Assembly (NCBI GenBank): GCA_951406725.2
Contig: OX597820.1
Location: 46,252,001-46,316,000 of the forward strand
Length of the DNA stretch: 64,000 nt
Reading direction: 5' to 3'
DNA from: Octopus vulgaris
Lineage: Eukaryota
Positions 1 to 11,617 of the stretch are shown piece after piece. A program made the translations under genes and the position numbers. The notes under the pieces were generated by a model. The model was given only the letters and a program-made list of their open reading frames with translations, did no database searches and was not told where the DNA came from. Positions within the stretch are counted from its first letter, which is position 1, and every line of letters starts with the position of its first letter.

Positions 1-560
1 CTGGTGAGATATAAGCTAGACAAAGGAGATTAGGAATCTCCCTGAAATACTTCCTTGCAGGACTGGTTTTAAGCATCTTCTTTTTCTCTGAAGTAATGTA
101 GGTATTTATAATAAAGGGTGAAGAATCGACGAATTTCTAGGTATTTATAATAAAGGGTGAAGAATCGACGTATTCCTAGAGGTAATCAAATGGTGTAACT
201 TATTCTGAGGAGGTAATTCAAGGTTTAAGGTGTCCAAGAATTAAGTATCCCAAAGTATTTGTCGGATGAATGTGGAAGGTCCGCTTGAGCATGCATCGCT
301 TGTCATTGATTTAGTTATTTATAATTCTGGTATGGTATGGTTGTTTCATAGACTTAGTATAGGAGTTGATTTAATGGTACACATATTCTTCTGTATCTAG
401 TTTAGTCATTTGCTTATACATATATAGTTGAAGGGTAGATGTCCCTGGTGATCTTGTTTTTTGGAAATCAATATTTTCCTCTTTCATAACTCTCCAGGAG
501 ATCGTTCTGCTCTGTTTACTAATTTCTTTAATGTCCTCAGCACATATTCATGGATATTGA
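1..560 (-). pseudogene. Highly decayed non-LTR retrotransposon RT remnant
   Basis: Minus-strand traces resembling YADD (CAEDI near 545) and KYLG (KYFGI near 255); many stops; 33-bp tandem duplication at about 99-170. Confidence 0.3.
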
Positions 561-807
561 TTCAGTATTTCAATCAGAAATTGGGAACCTCGATAATTCT
601 AGGAGCTTTTCAGTTGTTATTGACGATAAGATAATCGATAAAACGAATAGAAAGAAAAGAAATAAAGAAATAAAAGATAATCTAATTACCTGTAAGATCG
701 ATATTAATCATCATTAATAATATATTTATTTTCCTTGGTTTGTTACATACGCTGAGATTTTCCTTTATCAAGACATGAATTTCTTACATTATTATTGTTA
801 TTGCATA

Positions 808-998
808 GGTAGCGAGCTGGCAGAATCGTTAGCACAATGAGCAAAAAGTGCTCAGCAGTATTTCGTCCGTCTAAGTTCAGATTCCACCGAGGTCAGTTCT
901 GCCTTTCATTCTTTCGGGGTCGATAAAATAAGTACCAATTGAGGACTGGAGTCGCTGTAATTGACTTACCCTTTCCCTGACATTGCTGGCTTTGTACT
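808..998 (+). mobile_element. SINE family A, old copy
   Basis: Head agctggcagaatcgttagca and core gcctttcattctttcggggtcgataaaataagtacca, shared with many copies in the window. Confidence 0.8.
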
Positions 999-1164
999 TT
1001 ATGATATATATAGTTTTACATATTAATAAAGTAGTTTTAGGCACTTTATCCTTTGTTTTCTACATGCACCCATCGATTTCAATCTCAACAGAAAAAAAAA
1101 ACTTTGGTCGTTTTGGCTACACATACCCAAACACTGTGTCTCAAAAGGGTTAAAATCGTTAAGG

Positions 1165-1752
1165 AGGCAAGCTAGCAGAATCGTTAGCACATCGGAGAAA
1201 ATGAGTTTAAATTTCGCCGAGGTCTGTTTTGCCGTTCATCTTTCCCAGGTCACTAAAATAAATATCAATCAAGTACCGGTCTCATGTAATCGACTTTCCC
1301 CTCTACCCTCAAATCTGCTGACCTTGTGTCAAAACTAGAAGAATCAACACGTCGGACGAAATATGTAGTGGCATTTCTTCTGCCTCTTCACGTTGTGACT
1401 TCAAATACCGCCGAGATCAGCTTTGCCTGTTATTCTTTCGGAGTTGATAAATACCAGTTGAGCATTGGGGTCGATATCATTGCCTTCCCGCTCCCCTAAA
1501 ATTGCTGGCCTGGTGCTTAAACTTGAAACAAAAGGTGGTGAGCTGGCAGAGTCATTAGCGCATAGAACAAAATACGTAGCAGCATTTCTTCCGGTTCTTT
1601 ATGTCCTGAGTTCAAATTCCGCCGAGGTTGATTTTATTTTTCATCCTTTCGAGATCGATAGAATGAGTACTCATTAAACCCCAGGGTCGATGTTCTGGAC
1701 TTATCGTCTACCCTAAAAAATTTGGGGCTTTGTACTAAAGTTAGAAAGAATT
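1165..1752 (+). mobile_element. Three adjacent diverged SINE family A copies
   Basis: Three successive head/core/tail units. Confidence 0.75.
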
Positions 1753-1822
1753 ACTTTAATTATATTTGTTTTCATTGGTTTGATAAATAGGCAGAGATAT
1801 TTTTTGTTTTAAAAAAACGTTA

Positions 1823-1968
1823 GGCGTAGGAGCGGCTGTGTAGTAAGTAGCTTGCTTACGAACAACATGGTTCCGGGTTCAGTCCTATGGCGTGACACCT
1901 ACTATAGCCTCGGGCCGACCAACGCCTTGTGAGTGGATTTGGTAGACGGAAAGTGAAAGAAGCCCGTC

Positions 1969-2049
<81 letters not shown>

Positions 2050-2262
2050 GGTGTGTACACGTTTGTGTGTCTGTGTTTGTCCCCCCAACATCGCTTGACA
2101 ACCGATGCAGGTGCGTTACGTCCCCGTAACTTAGCGATTCGGCAAAGAGACCGAGAGAATAAGTACTAGGCTTTCAAAGAATAAGTACTGGGGTCGATTT
2201 GCTCGACTAAAGGCGGTGCATCGGCATGGCCACAGTCAAATGACTGAAACAAGTAAAAGAGT
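1823..2262 (+). mobile_element. tRNA-derived SINE family B with internal (TA)n(TG)n
   Basis: tRNA-like head with B-box-like ggttcagtcc; tail catggccacagtcaaatgactgaaacaag recurs at about 8620, 25380, 33400, 42250, 47100, 56640 and 61140. Confidence 0.85.
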
Positions 2263-2486
2263 AACTATGAATTTGTCATATCTTTGAAAACCCTCATAAA
2301 TATGTTCAAAGTTACCAAAAATGCTGATGGTTTACAATTGATGTGAGAATACCCTAACAATGTTTACATAACCTAATATTTTCTCGAAGGTCGCTTATTT
2401 CTACCTTGTAGGAAATTATCGATGTTTTTACAGAATTTGTTATACAGAGTAGGGCAAAAGTCAAGTACTAAGCCATTTGACATTTT

Positions 2487-3066
2487 GAGCTGGCAAAATC
2501 GTTAGCACGCCGGGCGAAATGCTTAGCGGTATTTCGTCTGCGTTACGTTGTGAGTTTAAATTCCGCCGAGGTCGACTTTGCCTTTCATCCTTTCGGTGTC
2601 GATAAATAAAGTACCAGTTACGCACTGGGGTCGATGTAATCGACTTAATACCTATGTCTGTCCTTGTTTGTCCCCTCTGTGTTTAGCCCCTTGTGGGTAA
2701 TAAAGAAATAGGTATTTCGTCCGCCGTTACGTTCTGAGTTCAAATTCCGCCGAGGTCGACTTTGCCTTTCATCCTTTCGGGGTCGATTAAATAAGTACCA
2801 GTTACGCACTGGGGTCGATATAATCGACTTAATCCGTTTGTCTGTCCTTGTTTGTCCTCTCTGTGTTTAGCCCCTTGTGGGTAGTAAAGAAATAGGTATT
2901 TCGCCGTCGCTACGTTCTGAGTTCAAACTCTGTCGAGATCGGCTTTCCCTTTCCTCCTTTGGGGGTCGATGAATTAAGTACTAGACAAGGACTGGGGGTC
3001 GATGTGATCGACTTACCCCCTCCCCACAAATTTCAGGCCTTGTGCCTATAATAGAAAAGATTATTA
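2487..3066 (+). mobile_element. SINE family A tandem trimer (one head, two young bodies, one old body)
   Basis: About 185-bp units joined at aaagaaatag|gtatttcg. Confidence 0.85.
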
Positions 3067-3637
3067 TTCATTCTGTTCATCATGTACAAGTACGTGTGTA
3101 GCTATGATTATTTTATTCATTTTATCTAATTTTAGAAATATTGAAGCGTGTCTTTGACAATTCCGGGGCGTATTGAACTTATTTTGTACGTAACTTTTTC
3201 CAACGCTGTAAATTATTCTATTTATGTAAATTATAAAGGGGGTGACAAGCACATCCATTGACTTCCATAATATTATTTTTCATTCAGAAGTTCAGTAACG
3301 CCTCAGCTCATTTGTACGCAACACTAAGTTATTTAGTATTTCTCTGTCGATAGTTTATACACTATTGTCATTTTTATCAGGGAAGATTATTTTAGAGTTA
3401 CCATGTGCTATCTGGTGGTGTATTTGTATACTAATGTACCTTAGTGGTTTCACATCGTCGTTTTATAAGGCAGATGAGTGTTCATAGGCATACAAAGGAA
3501 ACACTTTTTTGTTAAACAATCGAAATAGCTGCATTGCTACGTTGCGAAATTCCTATAGATTTGTTGTTTACGGGTAGTTTAAGAAATCTTTGTACAATGT
3601 GTATTGTTTTAGATCATTCTCATATAAAATACATAAA

Positions 3638-3885
3638 TGCGCCCTTTTTAAAGCCTAGCCAAGCTCATGGGCCCGGTTTCCCGGTTCCTATGGCGTATGT
3701 GTTCCCCAGCTGGACGGGACGCCAGTCCATTGCAGCGTTACTCATTTTTGCCAGCTGAGTGGACTGGAGCAACGTGAAATTAAGTGTTTTGCTCAAGAAC
3801 ACAACGTGTCGCCCGGTCCAGGAATCGAAACCACAACCTTACGATCATGATGCTGACACCCTAACCACTAAGCCTCGCGCCTCCA
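3638..3885 (-). mobile_element. tRNA-derived SINE family C
   Basis: Minus strand reads ggcttagtggttagg (A box) and ggtttcgattcc (B box); diverged relatives at about 15550 (+), 20010 (+) and 23700-23920 (-). Confidence 0.8.
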
Positions 3886-5658
3886 CCATTCTCATATATG
3901 TATGCCTCTTTCCTTCGTTTGTTCACTCACTTACTCGCGCGTGTGTGTATGCATGTGAGTGGGCAAACAAAAGAAAGAGGTACTAAACACGTTTTGTAGA
4001 AGTACATTCACTAGTATTTAATAACAGCTTGATTCGGTTCCATATAATATAATCTTCGTATGCTAGTCACACAAACGTAGCTCCTCAGGCTTAGGCCACC
4101 GAACCGTTCGCCTATGTGAGTGGACAGCTGAGAAGCTAGGTGTGGACAGAATTTTAAATATGTAGGCACAGTGTGGACCAATGTTTAAGAATTTCGCTTC
4201 GCGATCTTGAAGTCTCAGTTTCGATTCCATGCGTGGCGTCAAGAGCAAGTGTCATTTTCTTTAGCATCGAATTGACACATAACTTGTGAGTGAAAACTGT
4301 AGACCGAAACTGTATGTAAACCCGTCGGATAGATTGCAACTTTAATTTAAAGGTCCAATCTTGTCATGCTGAGGAACACTGATTTTACCTGAGAATTACA
4401 TTGTGGATAATCCAGACACTTACACTCTAATTCAATGAACCCGCTATTTCAGTTGATCGAACAACCGGGCACTCATGGTCAGTAATTCTTAACTAGATCC
4501 ATTTTACTTTCAGTATATTTTTTAGTGATGACCGCTGTGAGGTTATTGAACAAGCACGTGGCCCGACGGTCTGACTAAGTTTCCTATGCATGATATACTG
4601 CTTCAGGATATATCTCTGATTATATCCATTTGGAAGACATTGGTCTTGAACCGCAATTATCAGACTTTTCGGTCCCCTCTTTCAGCTGCAAAACGCTGAA
4701 CGAGCCATGCCTCTGTATTCTGTCATAATACGGTTTATTTACTCGAATTGTCTGTATACACGTTCTTGGTTGTACTTTGATTCAATTCTTGATACAGCAA
4801 AAATAAATAACCTTCCAAACTTCAGTTTTCTATAATGCAGTCATATTTGATCTCTCTACCATGATTATACTCTTAGTTTATCCAGAGAAATCCAACAGTA
4901 TCTTGCAACCTCTTACTCGTGGTTCTACTATTTTCCTTATACATTGAACCCAAACTTATTCACTACTTTCTAGTGTATTCTTTTTCTTACCCCATCATAT
5001 CTTCTTTTATATTATTTAAGTGACATCTTGCTGCATTCACACAATCTTTGGTTGATAGGTTTATCTATTTCGTCACACATCCGTCATTTACTATTTTACT
5101 TTCCATTTACTATTTTCCCAACAGCTGTCTATGCACATAAAAAGACATCTTCTAATCACATGTACATTCACAGCCAGTAATTTCTATTTTACTCATTAGT
5201 TCTTCATCTTTCATCCAAACTCATTGTTCTTCAGCCATGTCTTCTTGTTTGCCTGGTAAACTAACAAACCAACCAGTTTTCCATCTTCCTTTCTCTTTGT
5301 GGCCTTTTCTTCTACATATTCACCATTAATCTTTCTGGCTACACACGTTTCTAGATATGCCTCTTAAGGCCTATAATTAGCAACTGTTCTATGCATATTA
5401 CATCGAGTAGTTTTTAGCTCATGCCTTTCTCTATACATTGCTTTATGGATGGAATTCATTTATTGCTAACAGCTTTCTGTTTCTATTCATTTCATCAAAT
5501 TCCTTCTTTATCCACCGAAGAAAGGTTGCAGAATATATCTATATTGGCATTTTTTCTTGGTGCTGATGACTTACATGGTGTTTTGTTTCTTTTATATCTA
5601 CTTCTGCTTCTAGGATTTTTCTGTCCTTATATTTTTCCTACCTTTATCTCTCCTTTGA

Positions 5659-6318
5659 TTTGATTGAAAATACGTGGAATAGGCAGAGTGAGAGAACAAA
5701 AGGGAAAACTTTTGGTGCAAAATGCACTCTTGCGTATATCACTAGTCAATGACAGGACCAAACAAGATCAATATCCTGCAACAATCTCTAAATATTAAAA
5801 CTCTCGCACTCCTTCAGAAACTCTATTACTTGATTATTCCTTATTGTATTTAAAGTAATGCCGTCGTCAGGTTGTTATACTCACATTTTCAGCCATCGTC
5901 TTTGTTATACTCATAAGATTTCACCGTTGTATCCTCCAGCAGTTTTCAGGTGTTTCTCGTTTTCGGTAATCTACTGGCGATTTGGAACCGAAACTTTTAC
6001 ATATATCACGGCAGTAGATTATTTTATATATATACATGCAGATAAAATCTAGGCTACATATGTTTCATAGCTAGTAGAACTTCGGAAGTAGTAATATTCA
6101 AATGAGGTTAAACCGTTAGCTACCCGTCAGGTCAAAATTTATACCTTAGCCAAATGACGGTTACATTGTCGTCAAGAGATCCTATGTTAACTCGCAGGAG
6201 ATTTGATTGAAAATTCGTGGAAAGGGCAGAGTGAGAGAACAAAAGGGAAAACTGTTGGTGCAAAATGCACTCTTGCGTATATCACTAGTCAATGACAGGA
6301 CCAAACAAGATCAATATC
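5659..6318. repeat. About 118-bp direct repeat (5659-5776 / 6201-6318) around Penelope-type terminal-repeat sequence
   Basis: tttgattgaaaa...caagatcaatatc occurs twice; the interior carries degenerate hammerhead motifs. Confidence 0.7.
6052..6133 (-). ncRNA. Hammerhead ribozyme motif, core mutated (CUGACGG)
   Basis: gac-CTGACGG-gtagcta...tagctat-GAAAC-ATAT-GTA-gcc; helix III region ACATATGT is palindromic. Confidence 0.55.
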
Positions 6319-6464
6319 ACGTGATCTGGTAGTCTCGGCCCTAGAGTTTGTGGGGTTTATCTCCTCGCTAGAGATATGAGCAAGGGTACATTTTGCACCA
6401 AAAAGCCTATATGAGAGTAACTACCGCAGTAAAGTTTGTTCTTAGAACATCCACATTTAAGTGG

Positions 6465-6880
6465 GTTTCAAAGTTTGGCACAAGGCCAGAAAGTTGAGGG
6501 TGGGTAGGGTAAGCTGATTACATCGACCCCAGCGCTCAGCTGATTCTCTTTATCGGCCTCGATAGGATTAAAGGCAAAGTCGACCTTGGCGTAATTTGAA
6601 CTCAGAACCAATAGATGGATGAAATGCTTATAAGCATTTTGCCCGGCGTGCTAATGATTCTTATTTCTTTATTGCCCACAAGGGGTTAACACAGAGAGGA
6701 AAAACAAGGACAGACAAACGGATTAAGTCGATTATATCGACCCCAGTGCGTAACTGGTACTTATTTAATCGACCCCGAAAGGATGAAAGGTAAAGTCGAC
6801 CTCGACGGAATTTGAACTTAGAACGTAGCGGCAGACGAAATACCGCTAAGCATTTCGCCCGGCGTGCTAACGTTTCTGCC
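6465..6880 (-). mobile_element. SINE family A dimer (young copy abutting old copy)
   Basis: Reverse complement of the 2487-3066 units. Confidence 0.85.
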
Positions 6881-6908
6881 TTAGTGGGGATAAATGTTAC
6901 CTCTTGGT

Positions 6909-6989
6909 AACTTCCACCACCACCTACCCTAACTCTTCATAACCACTACTAGTGGTTATGAAGAGTTAGGGTAGGTGGTGGTGGAAGTT
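6909..6989. repeat. Perfect 40-bp-arm palindrome with 1-nt spacer
   Basis: aacttccacc...aaccacta C tagtggtt...ggtggaagtt. Confidence 0.95.
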
Positions 6990-7210
6990 TTGAAGGATGT
7001 AGTGTCTCGACAGCTCACAACTGATGCAGGTAGTTTATTCCATGCTCCAGCAATTCTGAGCGTGAAATTATGTTTCCAAAAGTCATGTGTACTGTGTTAT
7101 TTATTTTTGATTTTGTAAGCATGTCTACGAGTGTTTGACATAAGGAATTCAAAGAGGTGTCCCAAGGTTGTTGTTGGAAAGATGGTGAATTATCTGATGT
7201 TGGTGAAGAG
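6985..7210 (-). mobile_element. CR1-group LINE 3' fragment
   Basis: Translates FWKHNFTLRIAGAWNKLPASVVSCRDTTSFKT, matching the typical CR1 ORF2 C-terminal R-x-x-x-x-WN-x-LP motif. Confidence 0.65.
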
Positions 7211-8050
7211 GTGATTAATGTTTGTGGCAGTGAGGAATATGGTTTTGGTTATAGTGGTAGCAGAGATGGTAGAAGGATAGTGGGGTGGGGGTGGAGGCAA
7301 ATTTGGTGGTTAGAAAAGAAGCAGCTTTGGGGGTGATATAAGTCGTGATTGGTGATGTCTATAGTAGTAGTTAGGGGTAATAGTATTTACCACGAAATGG
7401 TGGTGATGATGGCACGGTTGGAGTGGAGGCTCAGCGAAGTCGTTTGTGAGCTGACGGCTGAATTAAATGTAATGTTTGTGTGGGAGTGGTGGTGGAGGTG
7501 ATGGTTGCGAGGATGATAGTAGCGGTGATGATGGCGGGAGCGGCGAAAGTAGTAATATTAGCGATACTAGCGGGGTGGAAGTCATGGAAAGAGAGAGGTG
7601 ATGTAATAGCATTGGGGTCGGCGGCTGTGAGGGAGGAGGTAGCAGTGATGGTGGCGGTGACGGTGGTGACAGCGATGGCGGTGGTGATGGCGGGTGGTGG
7701 TGGTGGTGGTGTTGTGCTGCGTCCTGATTAATTAAACCAATATTTATCTGAATAGAAGTTTTTACTTTAACATTGTTAATCTCTTGCACCAGTTTTTCTT
7801 CCACTTGATGAACTAACATGCTGATCAGGTCCTTAAAACAGTTGAGAGAGAGAGAGGGGGGGGAAAGAGCTATAGAAAAAAAGGGTGGGGAATAAAATGA
7901 AGCGTACGAAAGGTGGGGGGAAAAGTAGTAAATATAATGAAATTTAAGGAGATGGTAGTGGTTGTGGAAGAGACAAAATAAATATTTACTAAATCCATCT
8001 AACTGGTTTCTTTCTTTTCGCTTTTTTTTTTCTGGGCGCACAATTAACAG

Positions 8051-8242
8051 TTGTTTGCAAGATGGCTGAAAAGGACGGAGTGACCGAGAGTTTAACGTTT
8101 GGGTTTACCTGCTCAACTTCAGTTATGGCATTTCAGTGTAACCATGCAAAACACCTCGCATTGATCTACATTTCCTTACTTCCTACCAAGCGACTGAAGA
8201 ATAGGGAACAGGTTCGTTCACTACGAGAGTTCTTTACTATTT
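8051..8242 (+). CDS. Probable upstream exon of the iGluR/IR-like gene (start of ATD)
   Basis: Pyrimidine tract + aacag acceptor, gtaaga donor, 192 nt, open frame, phase 1-1; splices in frame to 13684 giving REFFTIFCQNHS; no diagnostic motif. Confidence 0.5.
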
Positions 8243-8789
8243 GTAAGAATAGTGAGAGAGTAACAAGTTCTTACATTGGCATAAGACGAGGAATTTTGGA
8301 GAAGTGAATAGTCGATGGCTTCGATCCTAATACCAGAGTGGTATATTTTATCGACCCTGGAGGAATGGAGGGCAAACTCAACCTCGGGGTGAATATGAAC
8401 GCAGAATGTAAAGCTGGAAGAAATGTCACTAAGCATTTCGTTGCGATAATGATTTTTATCTAAATTTAGTCAACCTCGGCGGAATTTGAACCCAGAACGT
8501 AAAGACGGACAGAATGCCGCTAAACATTTGCGCAACGTGCAAACGATTCTCACAGGTCTCCTCCATAAGCACAAGAAATATATTAAATTAACTACTCACC
8601 ATTTATCTTTTATCTTTTTACCTGTCTCAGTCATTAGACTGCGGCCATGCTGACGCACTGCCTTGCTGAAATGACTTCACTGGCCCCAATATACCTTATT
8701 TTTTTTTATAGACGTCACACAGTATACAATATCGTGAGGTTGTTGCTTGAAGATATTTTGTCTACCGGAGGTTCGTACTATTTGTTGAC

Positions 8790-9035
8790 TCAGACAGACA
8801 GTACTTTACGCAATATGCGTGCAGTTCCAATTAATGCTGACTTTTGCAATACATCTAGATTGTGGGGTATTTCTAATGTTTTCAGATGTTTTTTTTTTTT
8901 CAGATTGGGTGGCATTGAGCCCAATGCTCCGATGACAGTAGGGATAACCTTTATGTTATGTAACTGCCACATCTTAGCGATCTCAGTTCTCAGGTCTCCA
9001 TATTTATCAACTTTTTCTCTTTCTTTCATGATCTC
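8790..9035 (-). mobile_element. R4/Dong-type non-LTR retrotransposon, C-terminus of restriction-like endonuclease
   Basis: KEREKVDKYGDL...VIPTVIGALG...LQKSALIGTARILRKVL. Confidence 0.8.
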
Positions 9036-9169
9036 CTGGCACTGCCACGTTGACTATTAGGCACGGTTACTATGTCCGGCATTCGGTACTCTAACACCTT
9101 GTCTGTCTGGAAGACAAAGTCCCAGAGGATTTTTGCCTTCCCCTTTTCGTCCATTACCGTTATCATTAT

Positions 9170-9269
9170 NNNNNNNNNNNNNNNNNNNNNNNNNNNNNNN
9201 NNNNNNNNNNNNNNNNNNNNNNNNNNNNNNNNNNNNNNNNNNNNNNNNNNNNNNNNNNNNNNNNNNNNN
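9170..9269. other. Assembly gap (100 N)
   Basis: Run of n. Confidence 1.
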
Positions 9270-9892
9270 TATATATATGTTCATATATGAATATATGTGT
9301 GTGTTCGTGTGTAGTAGACTGTTAACAATGATAGTCAAAAATGTTAGACAGAGGCAGTTACAAACAGCAAGAAGAGAAAGTTAGATGAAAGCGAGCTTTT
9401 CCTTGTTAAATGGAATTCGTAATGATACATTTATGTTGTATATATTTTCATCGTTAGCGGAAGTCGGAAGTTAGGTTGTTATATGTTTCAACGCTATTTT
9501 TAGTCACATTTTACAAATAAACAAACGCAGACATAGAAAGGAACTTTGCGTTGTGATGGATTGAATCATCAGCTTCGAACGTATAAATAAATTATGCTAC
9601 ATTGCGTATGTTTTTTAATCCCGTTTGTCAATTAAAATGGGTGTATGTGTGTGTGTGCGCGCAGGTACGCACTCGTGTGTATAAATATATGTATGTATGT
9701 ATGTATGTATTTATCTATATGTATATATATAAGCACACATTCATATATACGCATATTTATCGACATACATACACACACACACATATATATATACATAAAT
9801 ACATGCACATGTATATACATATATATTATGACGATTAGTATCTAGGGTTGCTATGAATGCGAATAATAATTCAAATTGAGGAATGGAGCGGG

Positions 9893-10143
9893 TAAAATCC
9901 AGGCTACATCTGTTGCCTAACTAGCAGAACTTCGGAATTAATAACTATTTAAGGAGGGGTACTCCACTAGCCATTCATCAGGACAAAGATACCTTAACTC
10001 GGCGGGATCTCTTGACGACAACATAACCTTCCTTTAACTAAGGTGTTTTCGGCCTGATGAATAGTTAGTGGAGTATCCCTCGTTGAGAAATTATTACTTC
10101 CGACGTTCTGCTGGTTATGAAACAGATGTAGTCTTGATTTTAC
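9893..10143. repeat. Fold-back Penelope-type terminal repeat (imperfect arms of about 95 bp)
   Basis: 9893-9990 is the diverged reverse complement of 10040-10143; same family as 6043-6200. Confidence 0.75.
10051..10133 (+). ncRNA. Type I hammerhead ribozyme motif, intact core
   Basis: ggc-CTGATGA-atagttag...ctggttat-GAAAC-AGAT-GTA-gtc. Confidence 0.65.
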
Positions 10144-10550
10144 ATATTCCAATCTCTCATTTTGGATATCTGTTTGTATTCATAACAATGCAAGACGCTA
10201 ATCTTGAAATATAAAATAACTTTTTTTCAGTTTATCGAACTTCGATATGGGAGAAACCTACAACCTTCTACGCCAATAAACTGTTATTGTTCCTGAAAGT
10301 TGTTTCTTATGCCAACTACGGACTTCATTTTTGTATTTTGCTTACAAGATTCTTGATATGAATTCGTGTGTTGAAATGAATATTGTTGTGTCCTTTAATA
10401 ATAAACACCCACACTGACGTTTTAAAAATTTTCCTGCCGACCAATTAATGGATTTAGTGTGCAGTTTGGAGGTGATGCATTCTTTAAAAGAATTGCGTGT
10501 GTTTATTATTATTTGTGTAATGACCTTCCCAAGACACAAGCCGTGTGTGT

Positions 10551-10733
10551 GTATTTTGTCTGTCGCTACGTTCTGAGTTCAAATTCCGTCGAGGCCGACT
10601 TTGCCTTTCATCCTTTCGGGGTCGATTAAATAAGTACCAGTTACGCACTGGGTTGGATATAATCGACTTAATCCGTTTGTCTTTCCTTGTTTGTCCCCTC
10701 TGTGTGTAGCCCCTTGGAGGCAATAAAGAAATA
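10551..10733 (+). mobile_element. SINE family A young body within (TG)n
   Basis: Near-identical to the units at 2712-2896. Confidence 0.85.
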
Positions 10734-10776
10734 ACAAGCTGTGTGCGTGTGTATGTGTGTGAGTGTATGTTTGTGT

Positions 10777-10825
<49 letters not shown>

Positions 10826-11165
10826 CACACACATGTAATATAGCCTTATATTCGTATTAAATGTGTTTTAGCTTTATTTTTGCAACCTAATTCCGCGGCT
10901 GTAAACCTTTACATAATTTTTTTTTATATTTTGTTTCTCCAAATTTATTATATATTAAGGATTAATGATCATTGCATTATTCTTCATGTACCTTTTTGTT
11001 ATATATGTATTTTTCTTGATGTCCTTCCTTCATTTTTCTATTCAGATCTGTTAATTAGAAATTTTGTAAAACTTAAAATCCATTATAAAACATTGCCACT
11101 TGCTGGATTTACTTTGCTCATCTAACATCATTGGAGTCAATGAGATTACGGTCGTTAGTTTTATA

Positions 11166-11249
11166 CACGGCCTTAGAAGCACGGCCTTAGAAGCACGGCC
11201 TTAGAAGCACGGCCTTAGAAGCACGGCCTTAGAAGCACTCCATTAGAAG
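11166..11249. repeat. 14-bp minisatellite (cacggccttagaag) x5 plus one diverged unit
   Basis: Direct reading. Confidence 0.95.
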
Positions 11250-11549
11250 TTGCTCCAGTTGCAACTGGGAATTAACCCTGCAAAGAAGTGGCAAACCATT
11301 CAGGAGATGTCTAATACTCTCAGCCACCTAAACGCCTCACAAATCTGAATGCTTTTCGACATTATGAACCTGTGGGCTTGATGCTCAAATTTAAACACTT
11401 ACAAGCAACGTCAGCATTTTTTTCTCCCTGACATTTATAGATTCCATAAGTATTCCTTGTTTTTCATGTGCTTCTTTTTCCATTCATAACGTGCCTCTAT
11501 ATCTGATCCTCACATACACACACGTTTGTATGTATGTATGTATATATAC

Positions 11550-11617
<68 letters not shown>

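Noticed and set aside
2487-3066. Regularly spaced repeats (also 11166-11249) superficially like a CRISPR array
   Set aside because: Whole units repeat with no unique spacers, no cas genes, eukaryotic context
3381-3480. Possible signal-peptide exon (KIILELPCAIWWCICILMYLSG) after tttttatcag
   Set aside because: No convincing GT donor in phase (best match reads cag|atgagt) and no supported start codon
3810-3885. tRNA-like sequences (also about 1823, 15550, 20010, 61430)
   Set aside because: SINE heads continuing into repeat bodies; no complete cloverleaf
4560-5640. Pyrimidine-rich block and ORF 5421-5663, possibly an old retroelement or signal peptide
   Set aside because: No motif I could verify in any frame; left unannotated
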